Assembly: GCA_000165425.1 (NCBI GenBank)
Contig: CT868041.1
Coordinates: forward strand, 310,001-374,000
Reading direction: 5' to 3'
Length of the DNA stretch: 64,000 bases
DNA from: Paramecium tetraurelia
Taxonomy: Eukaryota
Shown: in pieces, positions 43,001 through 55,942 of the stretch
Numbering within the stretch: position 1 is the stretch's first letter
Layout: every line of letters starts with the position of its first letter
Notes under the pieces: model-generated
The model's database searches: none
The model's input: only the letters and a program-made list of their open reading frames with translations
What the model was told of the DNA's origin: nothing
Position numbers and translations under genes: made by a program

Positions 43001-46000
43001 ATGTAAATTCATATTAAAATAATTTCACAGCCTCCGAAAAGAAGTGCATCGGATATTTATTAAGAATTGAAGAATTGGTTAAAGAAGAACGAAATTAATC
43101 TAAATATTCATTGCATTAAATTAAAGCCTGAACCTGTGGAGGAACTCTAAAATCAGATCAAGAAATCTCAATTTTGGAACTCTAAAATTTTAAAATCAAT
43201 CTCTGAAGATTCTATAGTCTAATTTATCTCAAAGATTGAACCGAAACTTTATAATGATTCCAAATTCGTTCTAGGCAAGTAATTAGATTACTGTGAAATG
43301 ATTGAAGATTTATTAGTAAAACCCTAGGAGGATTTATTTGGAGTTCCGAATTGGCACCCTACAATTAGACCATAAAATTTGTAATAAGTGTCTTAAGGCA
43401 ATACACAATGCTACATATATTTTTATGGGTAGGATATCCAAAAACTCAGATTGTATGAAGATGAAAAAAATCAGAAACAAATTAGTCTTTTCGGAAAGCA
43501 ATACCTTCTTAAAGGGTAGGCACAGAGACGTGAGTTAAAAATAATTAAGGACAACTTTAAATCAATACCTGGAATTGAGTTTTAATTTGGAATCTTAAGT
43601 AAGGTTTTTTATTAGTATTGGTCTACTGCCTAAATCTAGAAGTACTACAATGAGGATACTTTTCAAGTCTAAGATATTAATTTAGAACTCTAAAATACTC
43701 AAGTTAGAGTGTATTTTAGTTTGATTTTGGACAGAACTAGAAAAATTAATTGTTTAATCTAATTTCAAACCAAAAAGGATGGAAATGTTAAAGAAGTAGA
43801 ATATAATAAAACATATTCGAATGGAGGCATTATTGTTGATAAATCAAAAGATGAAAATCAAATTAATTTCTATATTAAAGTTCTTGATACACCCAAATGT
43901 TATATTCAAGAGGATTATGATTATGATAAATACAAAAATCAAAAAGATATCAAATTTTGGAGATCATAGAATTTCGTATAAAATGATATAAGGAACATTA
44001 TTTAAGCAGGAATCATAAGACAATCATCTTCTCTAAAGTTCACAGTGCATCATAGCTAAACTTAGAATGAAAATTTTTATAATTTTTGTTAAGAAATTGA
44101 AAATTAAGGATACTTAGAGAAATTTATGGGAGATCAACACATTTAAATGAAAAGAATTTCAGAACTTAGTAAGACTGAGGATAAATTCAACGTTAGAATT
44201 GGTTTAAATTGGATGCTGCTATCTGCTGCCTTTGGTCGATGCAAAATGATTTAACCGAACATAAAATTTCAAGACTTTATAGAATAGGTCAAAGAATTGC
44301 CTCCTTTAGCCATAGCATATTAAATAAAGAACTTGAAATAGAAAAAATAAGAAAAAAAGGATAAGGAAATTTTCTAATTTGACAAATTTTTAGACATGTA
44401 AAATAAAATTAATTATTAGTGTTAAAAAAAATGGTTAAAAACATCCTGAAGATATTTTAGAAGAAACTCTATTGGCAGATCTTACACCTACTGGAATACT
44501 GCCTAATTATTCCATATAGGAGTGCATTCCTTTTTATGATTTAGAAAGGTTTTGGAGATAGTAAATTAAAGGCAAATTATAAACTAAATCAAAAGGACTC
44601 ATGGAGGAAATAGTTAAGATTAGGATTAGAGATGACAACTTTGAAATCTTAAGATAAAAGTAATTTGATAAACATCAATAAAAGCACTTTTTATTTTCAG
44701 GCTATTTTAGAGAACTACTGAAAGGCAAGCTGAACATAGTAGAAAGAAATTATAAATTCTTAGGTTATGATTGCAGAGGACTCAGAAAAGGTGAATTTTA
44801 TGCTATAAACTCTGAGTATTTCGAAAACACATATCAATATATGTTTTAGTAGTTGATGAAATCATATGAAAATAACCAAAGAATAGTGAAATGTTCTTAA
44901 ATTCAGAAGATATTCAATGAACATTTAAATCATATCAATACATCCCTTTCACTGAACGAAATCGAAAATAAGTTATTAGACAAAAAATTTGAACTAGACA
45001 TTTAATAAGATCAACTTTAAAAAGGGCCATTGATTCAAACAAAAGTTGACACTAAATAAATAAATAGGAAAAAGACTTAAGAAAATAATTACAACTATAA
45101 AATACTCATGCCTTAAGGAAAAGCATCAAATGATGTAATAAAATTGATGAACGAAATAGCATTTGAAGGGCAGAATACAGATTATTGTTGTTTTATCATC
45201 AGGTATTAAAATTACAAAGGAATGCTCACCAAAATGGCCAATCCTAATAAAGAAGGTGTTATTCGATTGTATGATAATATGATAGACAAAAATTCTCCAA
45301 CAAATCAATATATGGAAGGATTAAATTAAAAATGTTGGGTAGAGAAGAAAAAATTAGATGAAATACAAATATTAGGAGTGCCTGAATTTAAACCATGTGT
45401 GTTAAGATTGTTTTAGATCCTAAATATAATAAGTCTTGAGGTTGAAACTAATGAAAAGAAAGTGTTTAAGGCCTTTCGGAAATATTTTCATATGTTAAAA
45501 TAAACAGTAAGCAAGTAAAACGACCCAAATTAAGATCCTTTCTATATGAGAACCCTTAAGTAATATGAAAGAAAATAGGAATATTTGCTACCTGTGAAGA
45601 AGGGTGCATATTTAATGGGAGTCTATGATCCACTATTATAACCTGATGAGGTTTTTATCAATGTGTAATACGAAGAAGAGAATTAAAGTTTTGTTGTTTA
45701 AGACTAAAAAATAATAATTTTCAAAAAAAATTATTTGATGAAGGATGCAATCAGTTTGTTTTAAAACACTAGTAAGGCAAATTAGGAATTACTGGCTTAA
45801 CGTTATAAGAATGTGATTGTATTTTCAGTTCATATGCTTGGAGACAAGTTTCCTCAAGATGAGTTTGATGATAAGTAAAAATTTGTAGCAATTTGGGATT
45901 AGAAACTTATACCTGATATTGCAATTACACTTTTTGATGGTAAAAATTATTGTAAAAGTTTCAAAAATAAAATTCAAGGATAAAATTCTCAAAATCAAGC

Positions 46001-46374
46001 TTCAATCGATCAACATTTTGATAAAACTGAATGGCTATCAGGGTTATAAACTTAGGCAATTGATTTCTTCTGTGTATTCCAACAATCTTGTAACTTTAAT
46101 GAACTTAAAACTATTTATACTAAAATTATGCTCCAAAATCTATTGTATTAAAGAGATGCGTCGTTTTAAAAGATCTTTGAAAAAATTACAATCTAATTAA
46201 AGATTATTAATATAATAGGAATGAAATATGCAAGTACTTAGGCTTAAAAGACAAATGTATTTAGTTTAATTTATCGTTTAATAGTATTCTGAAATCTTGA
46301 AGCATCTAAAAAACATCGATAAGGAAATGTTAAATATAGATCTTGCAGTTGAATAATATTTCCAAAAATAATGA
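43001..46374 (+). CDS. divergent cellular RNA-dependent RNA polymerase family protein (non-canonical active site), about 1107 aa
   Basis: LTPTG, IRIRDD, RNYKFLGYDCRGLR, IRYQNYKGML, LMGVYD..LQPDEVFI, NVIVFS..DEFDD..AIWDQKLIP; introns 44398-44419 and about 46256-46283. Confidence 0.85.
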
Positions 46375-46393
46375 ATTTATAATAATATTTAAT

Positions 46394-48033
46394 ATGTCAG
46401 GATAAAAAGACTATTCAGTTCCTAGTAGATTTCCATCCTCCAATAGAAAATTCAAATTGAAAACTCTCTCTCAGTTTGAAGAATCTCAAATCAACCGCAA
46501 TCAAGAACTCGAACATCAATTGAAAATGGTCTCAAAGTAAAATGATAAGTATTAATCATTATTAATGTCTAAGATTAAGCTCCTTAAATTAGTACTTATA
46601 GTCCACACTAAATAAGAGAAATGAAGTAATCTTCGAAGAACGATAACTCTATAATAAGACGAAATCCATAGTAAGTCCTTAGAAATCTAATTCTACATCG
46701 AAACGCTAATCATAATAATTTCATTCGAGGAAAAGTTCAATGCCTTACTTAACATAAACGAGCAGACTGTAATATGTAGGAGAAGAGTATTTTCGATTGA
46801 ATTAAGTCTTAGAAATTAATATATCAGATGAAGAAGCCATCTCGTATTTCGAGAATGATCCAAATATTAAGTTTGTTAGGTAGCTAGATGAGGAAACATT
46901 CGTACAAATAGCAGAAGAATAAAGTATTTAAAGAATTTCTCATTAGATATTAAAAAGTTACTCTAAATACATGATCATATATTGAAGTTGCAAAACTTTA
47001 TAAAGGAGATGTTTGAGGCTATCCTCAAATTTAAAAAGATTATTAAAGCCTCCTATTAAATGAATCAGTAAGGTCAACTTAATGATGCAATTAGTTGTAT
47101 TGTAGATCAAACTTAACAATTGATGAAGTTTTTATAAAATTCATGTCTTTAGTTGTGAACGAGCCACCTGCTACATTGTTGATGAAACTAAAGGGGAAAT
47201 TTGGTCCAGAGTTGCTCAAGGAATAAATTCCATAATCCGTATGCCAATAGACCAGGGTGTAGCTGGCTTTGTTGCATTCAGAAAGGAATCTGTCAACATT
47301 CCCAATGCTTATGCAGATGATAGGTTTAATAGAGAAAGTGATCTGATTAACCATTTCAAAACATAATCTATATTAGCTGCTCCCATCATCGGAGATAATA
47401 ATTAATGTCTGGGTGTGCTTCAGTGTTTAAATAAGAATTAAGGAGTGTTTACTAATGAAGATTCGGCATATCTAAAATACATTTGCAATTTTAGTAAAGC
47501 TGTTTTAAATCATTCTCTTAATTAAAATCAAGTTGAATCTACCCAAAACAAATTGAGACATGTAATTAAATACTTTTTAGATATTATTTAAATTGAAGAT
47601 CCATGGAAAATAATCTCTATTACAGAAAAAGTATTGAAAAAAATAATGAATTGCGAAGAGGCTCGGTTAGTTCTTAAATCCAATGAGTCTGTTTATTATA
47701 TGAAGTATGGAATCTAATAAGAAACTACTGAGTTTTTGGGCATATTCAAAAAGGTGATTGACAGTCAATGTAATGAATCAACTTTGAACAATAATTCTAA
47801 TCCATTTTTCGATCCAACTTTAGATATAGACACATAAATGCCAGCCATTACGATGCCTATTAATAAGAACTCTGCATTCCAAGTATTAAACTTAAAAGGA
47901 GTCAATAAAAAACAATCTTAACAGTAGTCAATTTATCTTTTATATTCATAGGTCTCACAGTGCCTTTGTGTCTGGTCTAGAATTGGAGATGTTAGAATAT
48001 ATTAGATCAATCTTGTTCATTAAATTAAAATGA
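46394..48033 (+). CDS. GAF-domain protein
   Basis: GVAGFVAFRKESVNIPNAYADDRFN..TQSILAAPI..GVLQCLNK..FTNED; degenerate second GAF. Confidence 0.85.
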
Positions 48034-48106
48034 TAGATTTTTATTTAGGCTTAAATATTCAATTATAAAATTTAAATTTTTATATTAGTTAATATCGAAG
48101 GGTAAA

Positions 48107-49432
48107 TCACTCAGTAGGTTTATATCTAGCTTTTAGTTGCTTAGGTTTTTCATCAGAATGAATATCCTATTTCTAATCATTGGTAATACCTTTAAAATAG
48201 ATGAATAGAAGATTGTGTTGGTATTCTAATTGTTATTGACTTTTTATAGTAATTATATAAACTTAGTATTATTGTTAACTAGTATTAGAAAAATGGACAT
48301 AAATACCTTAATCTGGTAATTAGTTTATTTTTTATACTGAACTTTCCAATAGATCAGTAAATAGTTTAGATAATTTTTTCTTAAAAGTCAAATCTTTCAT
48401 TTTTTTGGTAAGACTACTTTGTTCACACTATTGGGGAAGTTATTTAACTATTGTAAAATATAATTATATACATTATTCTTAGATTTCAAATAAAGTACCC
48501 TCAAAAGATTTTAACTTCTCGCTATATTTATTTATTATGATTTTGAAAGGAGCCACATCCATCTAAGTGATGATATTATCAACGTTCTCCATGATATCCT
48601 TTTTAATGTTTTAGAGATCATTTATTTATTGATTAACAACTGATTTAAAGCTATTGAGATTAATCTATTGAGGAAGATCATTAGAAATACTTAAAGAACC
48701 TTGACTTTTTGTTGATTATTTATCAAATAAATCATTTAGAAGTGTCCTACTTATTATTTGTAGTTCATCTAAGATTTTATTAACTTATTGTCTAGGATTA
48801 TCATATGTCATAGATTATTGTTGTATTACTTTTAGAAATTACATATTTTAACTGATAACATCTCCAACCTTTACAATAAAATCTTTTAACTCCTTCTTTT
48901 TTATGATCCCATCGGATTAGGTTTAGATATTTGAGATGTATTAAAGTTCTTTAGATGTATTTTATGTAAATGTCTGGAATTCCTCATGTTCTTCATCTTA
49001 ACCAAATGTAAGCATTTTTCTCTCGAAATCATTATAACGTATAGGCACTCCAAATTGAATGGCATAGTCGATCGCGCATTTACTGCACATTGATTATTAA
49101 TTGATTTCGTATTTCAATTTCTTTTTGTGTTATTGGCAAGAATTCATTTTTATTTCAGTTGGCTATTCCTCTTATTTCTATTTAAGAAACAAACTTATAA
49201 CACTACTTTTGGCAACATTTGGAGTGATATTTCTATCTTACTTGATTAAATGATTTTGGAGAGTTGCTTTAAGATAAGATGGTTTAACAACATTTTCTTT
49301 ATTTCCTCTATTAGGGGATGGTTCAGTTGTAAATCTCAAATCTTTAGTCTGAGATGAACAACTAAACTCTGTTTTTAAATAACTATTAGATGGTTTGCGA
49401 GTATTCGTATTTTGAATTTGATTCTTATGCAT
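48107..49432 (-). CDS. hypothetical protein with B-box-like Cys/His motif and coiled coil
   Basis: CQQHKKK..CSKCA then a helical region. Confidence 0.6.
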
Positions 49433-50253
49433 ATATGTTAAAAATTAATTTAGAGAAAATAAGTTTTTAATCTACCAATAATGAAAAATACATCTATATA
49501 CAAATTAGTATCACTTTTCTTGTGTGTAACTTTTGTCTGACTCTTATTTGTTGTCTTTTTGACACTCTCATTAGCCTCCAATTCACTTAATAATTTATCA
49601 ACTTGATTTTGATTTATCTAATCTAAGCTGAATAAAAAGCTTCATAGCATCGTTGTTTCAACATAACAAGTTCTCTTTTTTTCAATTGAGTCGAAGTATG
49701 CATTTTTATTCTTCTAAAGTAAAATTGTTACCAATATCCTCGATTTTATTAAACCTGATCAAGTTTCGTTATCATAATCATAATTTTTGGATCATTGCAT
49801 TCATAATATGAAATTGGCAATTAATCATAAAGGTCAATTTACATATTTTTAACATAAGAAATAAATGTGCCATTATCATGCATTGTGATAAGTTCCCTTT
49901 TTTAGGAAATTTTTTTATAAATAGAATAGTATAGTTGTTTTTACCTAATAATTATTGTTCTCATGTTTGAATAGTTGTAGCTTTACCCATTAGTTTATGA
50001 CTCGATGAGAAGGATTATCAAGTAGTACCTTTTTTCTTTATAGGCCTTTATAGAGTTTCATAAATTAAATTATATCTCAGAATTTAATTTATAAATCGTA
50101 AGAAGACATCAAATTTGATGAAAACTTAGAATAAAAGGGTGCATTCAAGATATATATATATGAAAAATAAGAGAGGCAAAGTTTAAAAGGAATTGATGTA
50201 GTAATTTTATAGAGCTTTATAGAATGATTGTATTTTATGTTGATTTTACATAA

Positions 50254-51644
50254 TCAATTTGTAATTTTGGATTAAACATCTCTCTTATATGAGGTACTTT
50301 GAGAACCTACTTGACTTGAGTAAATTCTGTAAACATCATCAAAAGTGTTTTATTCCTCTTGAAGAGTTTCACTAACTGATTTGAAGTGAGCCTCAGCACT
50401 AGCCAAATCCTAATTGTATTTATGGTACAAATACTTCATTAGCCAAATCAATAGAATTTTAGATTTTCTTTAATCTATCCTTGCAGGCAGCTGTAGCTTA
50501 TAAAATAGTGATCAATTGGTTTTACAATTTTTCCTATTTAATGATTACTTAAATTAAATACCAAATTGACATCTTCAGCAGCTAAATGTCCTCTGAATGT
50601 TTCATTCTCCTTAGTTATCAAACCTTTAAAATCACTATATCCCATAGCTGAATTGACTTGATCATCTTATTTCTTTCCAAATGATCCTCTGACCTCATCT
50701 TCTAAGATATCCAAAAAGTTTAATAACTCTTATTATGCAACTGTGAATTAGGAGTAATCCTTTCCAGATCCCCCTTAAGCTGGAGCCTTTTGGCCTTTCT
50801 CAATAATTTTATTAAATGCTGCAGCTTCCTTTGCTAATTATTCATTGGTGGCCTTCTCTTCAGCCTCCAAAGGATGTTCAGGCACTGGTTTTTCTGGTTC
50901 ATCTGTTTATTATGCTTCCTCTATTTCATGAGCAGCTGCATCTACTCCCTCTTCTGGAGCAGCAGAGGTTTCTACATCTTATTCAACCTCTTCAGTTTCA
51001 GTTACTGATGTTTCTTCAGGAGTCTCAGCAACTTCATCATAAACATGAGGTGGCTCATTGTCTTCAGATGTCAATTCGGGTTCTTCACCGTCATCAGCCA
51101 AGAAGGATTTGAGTTGAATGAATTAAGCAGATTACAATAGAGTGGGTAAATCAGTCTTATATTGCATAATGATGTACTTCTTTTGCATTTTTGACTGCTC
51201 TTCTGAGGAATGCTATTAAATTAAGAGTTTTCTTTGAATTCTTGATATCGTTAATGAAATTAGCATTTGATTCACATCTGTTCACATCCAATCTTTAGAG
51301 TCTTTCATTATTCTCTTTGATTCTCTTCTCAAGCCAATTAATATAGCTAAGAGTTATTCTAATGTCTCGTTCTTTATTTGCCCATTCTTAATCTCTTCTA
51401 TTGCATTCACCTCTTTGAGTTGATGCCGAACGCTATAAGTCATTAACAATGTCTTGTTTTTGCTGATCGAAAGTCATATTATATACATTACATATTTTGT
51501 GGTTGCCCAATCACTCTCCAATTCTTACAATTGCTTGATTGTACCATTTTTTAAATCAGCAAGCATCTTCAACACAACATCTATTTCGTTTGATTGAGAG
51601 TATGCTGCTATGAGCAACAAAGCCATTATAGCAAAAACCTTCAT
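50254..51644 (-). CDS. trichocyst matrix-like secretory protein with acidic linker
   Basis: signal MKVFAIMALLLIAAYS, VVLKMLADLK, coiled coils with spaced Cys, E/P/T-rich centre. Confidence 0.65.
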
Positions 51645-51949
51645 TTTATTAAATTATCACACAAAAACGGTACATTTATATAGTTTTAATTTATATAATA
51701 TAAAACCTTTAATCTATGCTTTCTCCTCTCGTAATATAATATTTTATGATTTAAGTAATCATTTTTACTATCTCCATTATTAAAATTATCATTAGCAAAC
51801 CACTTTCTAGGACACACTGAATTTAGTTTAATATGATTAAAGTGTTTATTTTAATATGAATCACATTTTTTTAATTTAATTTCTATTTATTAGAATATTC
51901 ATCAAGAATCGGTTTTATATCACTATAATAAAAAAAATGTAGTGTCATA

Positions 51950-54283
51950 ATAACAAGCATTTTAAATATTTAATAAATTTTAATTCGTGCTTTATTTTTT
52001 TTAATTTCTAATCTGTGTTTAAATAAATAAATCCAATCCATATTTTTGTAAAAATAGTTTAAGACTATTTGGAAACTTTGAATTTAATGGCTTTTCAACT
52101 ATTTATTTGATTGTGACATTAACACATAAACAACTTAATTTAAAGTTAATGTTCTTCAATTTTTCTAAAATCAGAGGTTCCTTAATTCATTTTAGCATTG
52201 AGAACACATCAAATATTACGATTTGAAGCAATCTAAAATAATAAGTCTTTTTAAGATAAAAGATGAAAATGAAAAAAAATAAGTACGTAATTCAGGATTG
52301 TGAAATATAATTATAATAAACATAATCACTCTTAATCATTGAAGAGGGATACATTGATTTGAATTAGATTTTGTAGTATTATCTGAAATAACTTTACTTT
52401 TGAATTTTCTTCTTGTCAATAATGTACTCTAAGAAATATCTTCAAGTTTAACTGAATATCTATAAAAAAAATTCTTCTTCATCTTTTTGTTCTGGTCAAA
52501 TTTGCTCGTTTAAGATTCTGTTTAATTAGTAATGATTGGTTTTGCGATTGAACAGCCCATAATTGATTTAATTATTGAGATTTATTACTTTTTAAACTAA
52601 AACTTAAACTGGATTAATCAGATAAGCCCATTTAGAACAATATTTAATAGGAAGCCAAGACAAAAACGTAATGATTCATAACAAAATACTCTTTGTAATA
52701 TTTATATTTGCATCTGATAAGACTTTCAAGTGATATATACTGATATTTATTATAAAGAAAAGAATAAATTTATAGAAAGAGTATTAAATACCTCTTAATC
52801 AAGCAATCAGTGGTTTTTCAGGAAAGAATATATGCAAAAAATTGATTTCTTCAATTTAATCTTGAACCCATTCTTTCATTGTAACTTTTATTCAAGCCTA
52901 TTATTATTTTAAATATAATACAGACCTATAGAAACAATCTAGAAAAAATCATCCAACTCAATTTTGAAGGTAATCTATCTGTTGAAAGAATTTTCTTAAA
53001 TTTAAGTCCTTCTTGGAGAAAATTCAGTCATTTATTTTAAAATAATATACTTTAAAAAAATCATTCTTTGATGTGCGAAACATTTTATAAAGAAAATTTT
53101 CCAAGAATCAAGAATTCAAGGAATAATGAAATTAATTTCACATTCTTGAACGATTATAAATTAACAAAGGTACTTAGAGTCTTAGATTTACGAATAAAAT
53201 ATAGGCTTTAAGATATTACTTAATGCTCTGTCTCAATCATTATTAAAAAAAATAAAATAATCTATATTTTCATAATACATACTTATTCTTATTGAATATT
53301 CACTTTAAGATAACAAGGTAACATATTTTATTAAAAATTATCTTCATATCTCAAAAAGAATTCCTGAGCATAATATTTAAGATAAATTTTAATTTTAATA
53401 TTTCAATGTTTAAATAATTTTAATAAGGAACATGGAAATAATATATCACTGTCTAAATATGCTTACCCAAGATAAAAAGCATTAAAGTGGAATGTGATAT
53501 GTTATCTGTATCTTATCATCTAGCACTCCCATAACACGTAACATAATATAATAAAGTAAACCAGAAACCAAGCAATTACTTCAAACCAAGTATATACAGC
53601 ATAAACAGTATTAACCAACATTTCCTATATCATAAATATTATCAATGCTCTTAAATATTAATGATTTCTTACCTCCACCAATAATCCTTGGCCAAAAAAC
53701 ACTGGATTTTATTTTTTTTATCTATTTAAAAAAATAAGTAGATAATAATGAAATCAAATGTTAACATGATATAGACTATTTCAAGATGAAGAAATGGAAA
53801 TCTAAAAATTACATAGATTGATAAAAAGGTTCTAGTAACGGAATGAATCATCTATTAACTTTGATAGTATATCAACAAATACATATAATAAATAATTATA
53901 TGGTGGAACCTTCCAATCGTCCTGCTTAAATTAAATTTACACAAGGCAATATAGGTAAAAGAAGATGAATATGATGTCAAAAGGATATCTAATTAAATCA
54001 GCAATGTTCTTTCCAAATTTCAAAAGGTACAGTAATAATAATATCCAAAGTGAGAATATGTTCTGTAGAGCAAGCATTATTATATACATTCCTTAGATAT
54101 TTTTGATCTTTTTTATAAATGAATTTCTACTCTTTCCCAATCCATATCTGATTCTTCTATCATCTATTTTAATAATTTAATAGTCTTTTCTTCCTTGTTG
54201 TCTAATTTTATTTCTTCAATAGCCTGTGGCTATTAAGGCTAAACTTCAATCATACTTTCTTCCTATTCATCACTTCTATCCAT
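51950..54283 (-). CDS. multi-pass membrane protein, possibly degenerate (3' extent uncertain)
   Basis: MDRSDEQEE start, hydrophobic segments 53500-54060; several TGA I could not remove by splicing. Confidence 0.3.
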
Positions 54284-54619
54284 TTAATTTATTAATTAAT
54301 CCAACTAAATAAATAAATCGAATTATAATAAGTTCAATATTTCAAGTTAAAAAAATAAAGCATTTACTCTCAATTAAAGCAGAATCAAGTATTAATATAT
54401 CATAATCAATTTAATCTTCGACATTTGAGAATAAATGAATATAATTCATCTTATATTTTTAGATATACAAAAAATAGTAGTAATTATATTATTTAATAAC
54501 GAATAAATTTTATAGATTAAAATATTTAAGGAGACCTTCAATGTTATAATGTGTCTTTAGTACATGAAGAATTCAATAATTTATTCTAAAATATAATTTA
54601 TAAAATTACACTTGATAGA

Positions 54620-55853
54620 TATTAATAATCTAACAAACTTGAATATAGACCTGAAGTGTATATGGTAGATTAATTAATTTTCTTATAAATCTATTATAAT
54701 TCTTGTTTATTCTTTAGGTTCGTTATAGATGATTTAACACTTGGCCCAACCTGATTATGATAAATGTTTTTTTACATCGAATTCATCTGATTATCTTGAT
54801 CTATGTAGTTGAAAATCAGGTTTTTATTAGTCATCAATTAAGTTTAAAAGATTCTTATGACTCATTATTTAACTATCATTATTAATTCGTAATCTTTGAA
54901 TGGGAGTTTATTGAGGGCTTGATTGAATTTAGTTTTTTGTTCCTTTATTGTGTTATTTTCTCGTTGATTTTGCCATTAACTATCGTTAGAACTCAGTTAA
55001 GTTTTTTACTTACTGTTGCAAACTGGTTATCAATTGATTTTTTTCTGCTAATTCTTTTTAGTATTGCAGTATTTAATTTTAATAGTTCGAAATATTATCA
55101 TGAGCAATCATAGCATTAATTTATAAATTTGAAACACTTTAAGAGTGTTATTATCGAGAATTTTATGATTGCCTTGACCCACTTAAATTAAACTCATTTT
55201 ATTGATTAAGATCCCTTCTGCTGGATAGTCCTTTTTCAAATTATAAAGTCTAGGTTCCTGTTACATTTAATTACTCTTTGATTTGTTCATTTTCCTCAAT
55301 CAATTTAGTCAATGTAGAATTAAGCTTTTTATAAACACAAATAAAATACTTTTTATATCTAAATTTTTAATTATGCTATCTCTTTTAGATATTCCACTCC
55401 ATTCTCCTAAGCTTGCTTTAATTCGTTATCTTTGAGTGAAATTCTATTTTACAATAGTTTTAATTCACTTAATAATTTTTTATTTTCCATTTCTGATTTA
55501 TTATATAGACTTTAGAGATCCACATTATTCTATTGTAACTATTAATGATAACGGGATAAATATTGGTTATTCTGTTCTGAGAAGTGTAATGCTTGTTGTA
55601 AATCTATATTGGATTAATAAGCATTGTTTTATTAATGTGTATTCAGAAGCTTTTCAGGACTGTAGAGTGGTTCAAATTAATCGAAGTTTTTAGTGGATGC
55701 AACCTTTTTGACTTCCAAATTTTCTGCTGAAGTTAATGATGATCTAACATTTATTAGAAAAATTAAATACCGAAGAGATTTTGGCATAATGTAATAGTTA
55801 TTTGCTGGAACGACTTCTGATGGAATCTTGGTATGAGACTATCTCTTTTACAT
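54620..55853 (-). CDS. hypothetical Ser/Thr/Gln-rich protein (3' end approximate)
   Basis: MQKRQSHTKIPSEVV.. coding-like, low complexity. Confidence 0.5.
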
Positions 55854-55942
55854 TATTATTTATTTATTTTTATAAAAAAAACTATAAAATAAATCAAATA
55901 GATGATCAAATTATTTATTATTTTAAAATAAAAGTTCTTACG

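Noticed and set aside
31854..46374. GW protein and RdRP-like gene as an RNAi gene cluster
   Set aside because: 10 kb apart with unrelated genes between; nothing indicates functional clustering
50816..51112. Leu/Gln-rich plus-strand ORF
   Set aside because: Antisense shadow of the acidic linker on the minus strand
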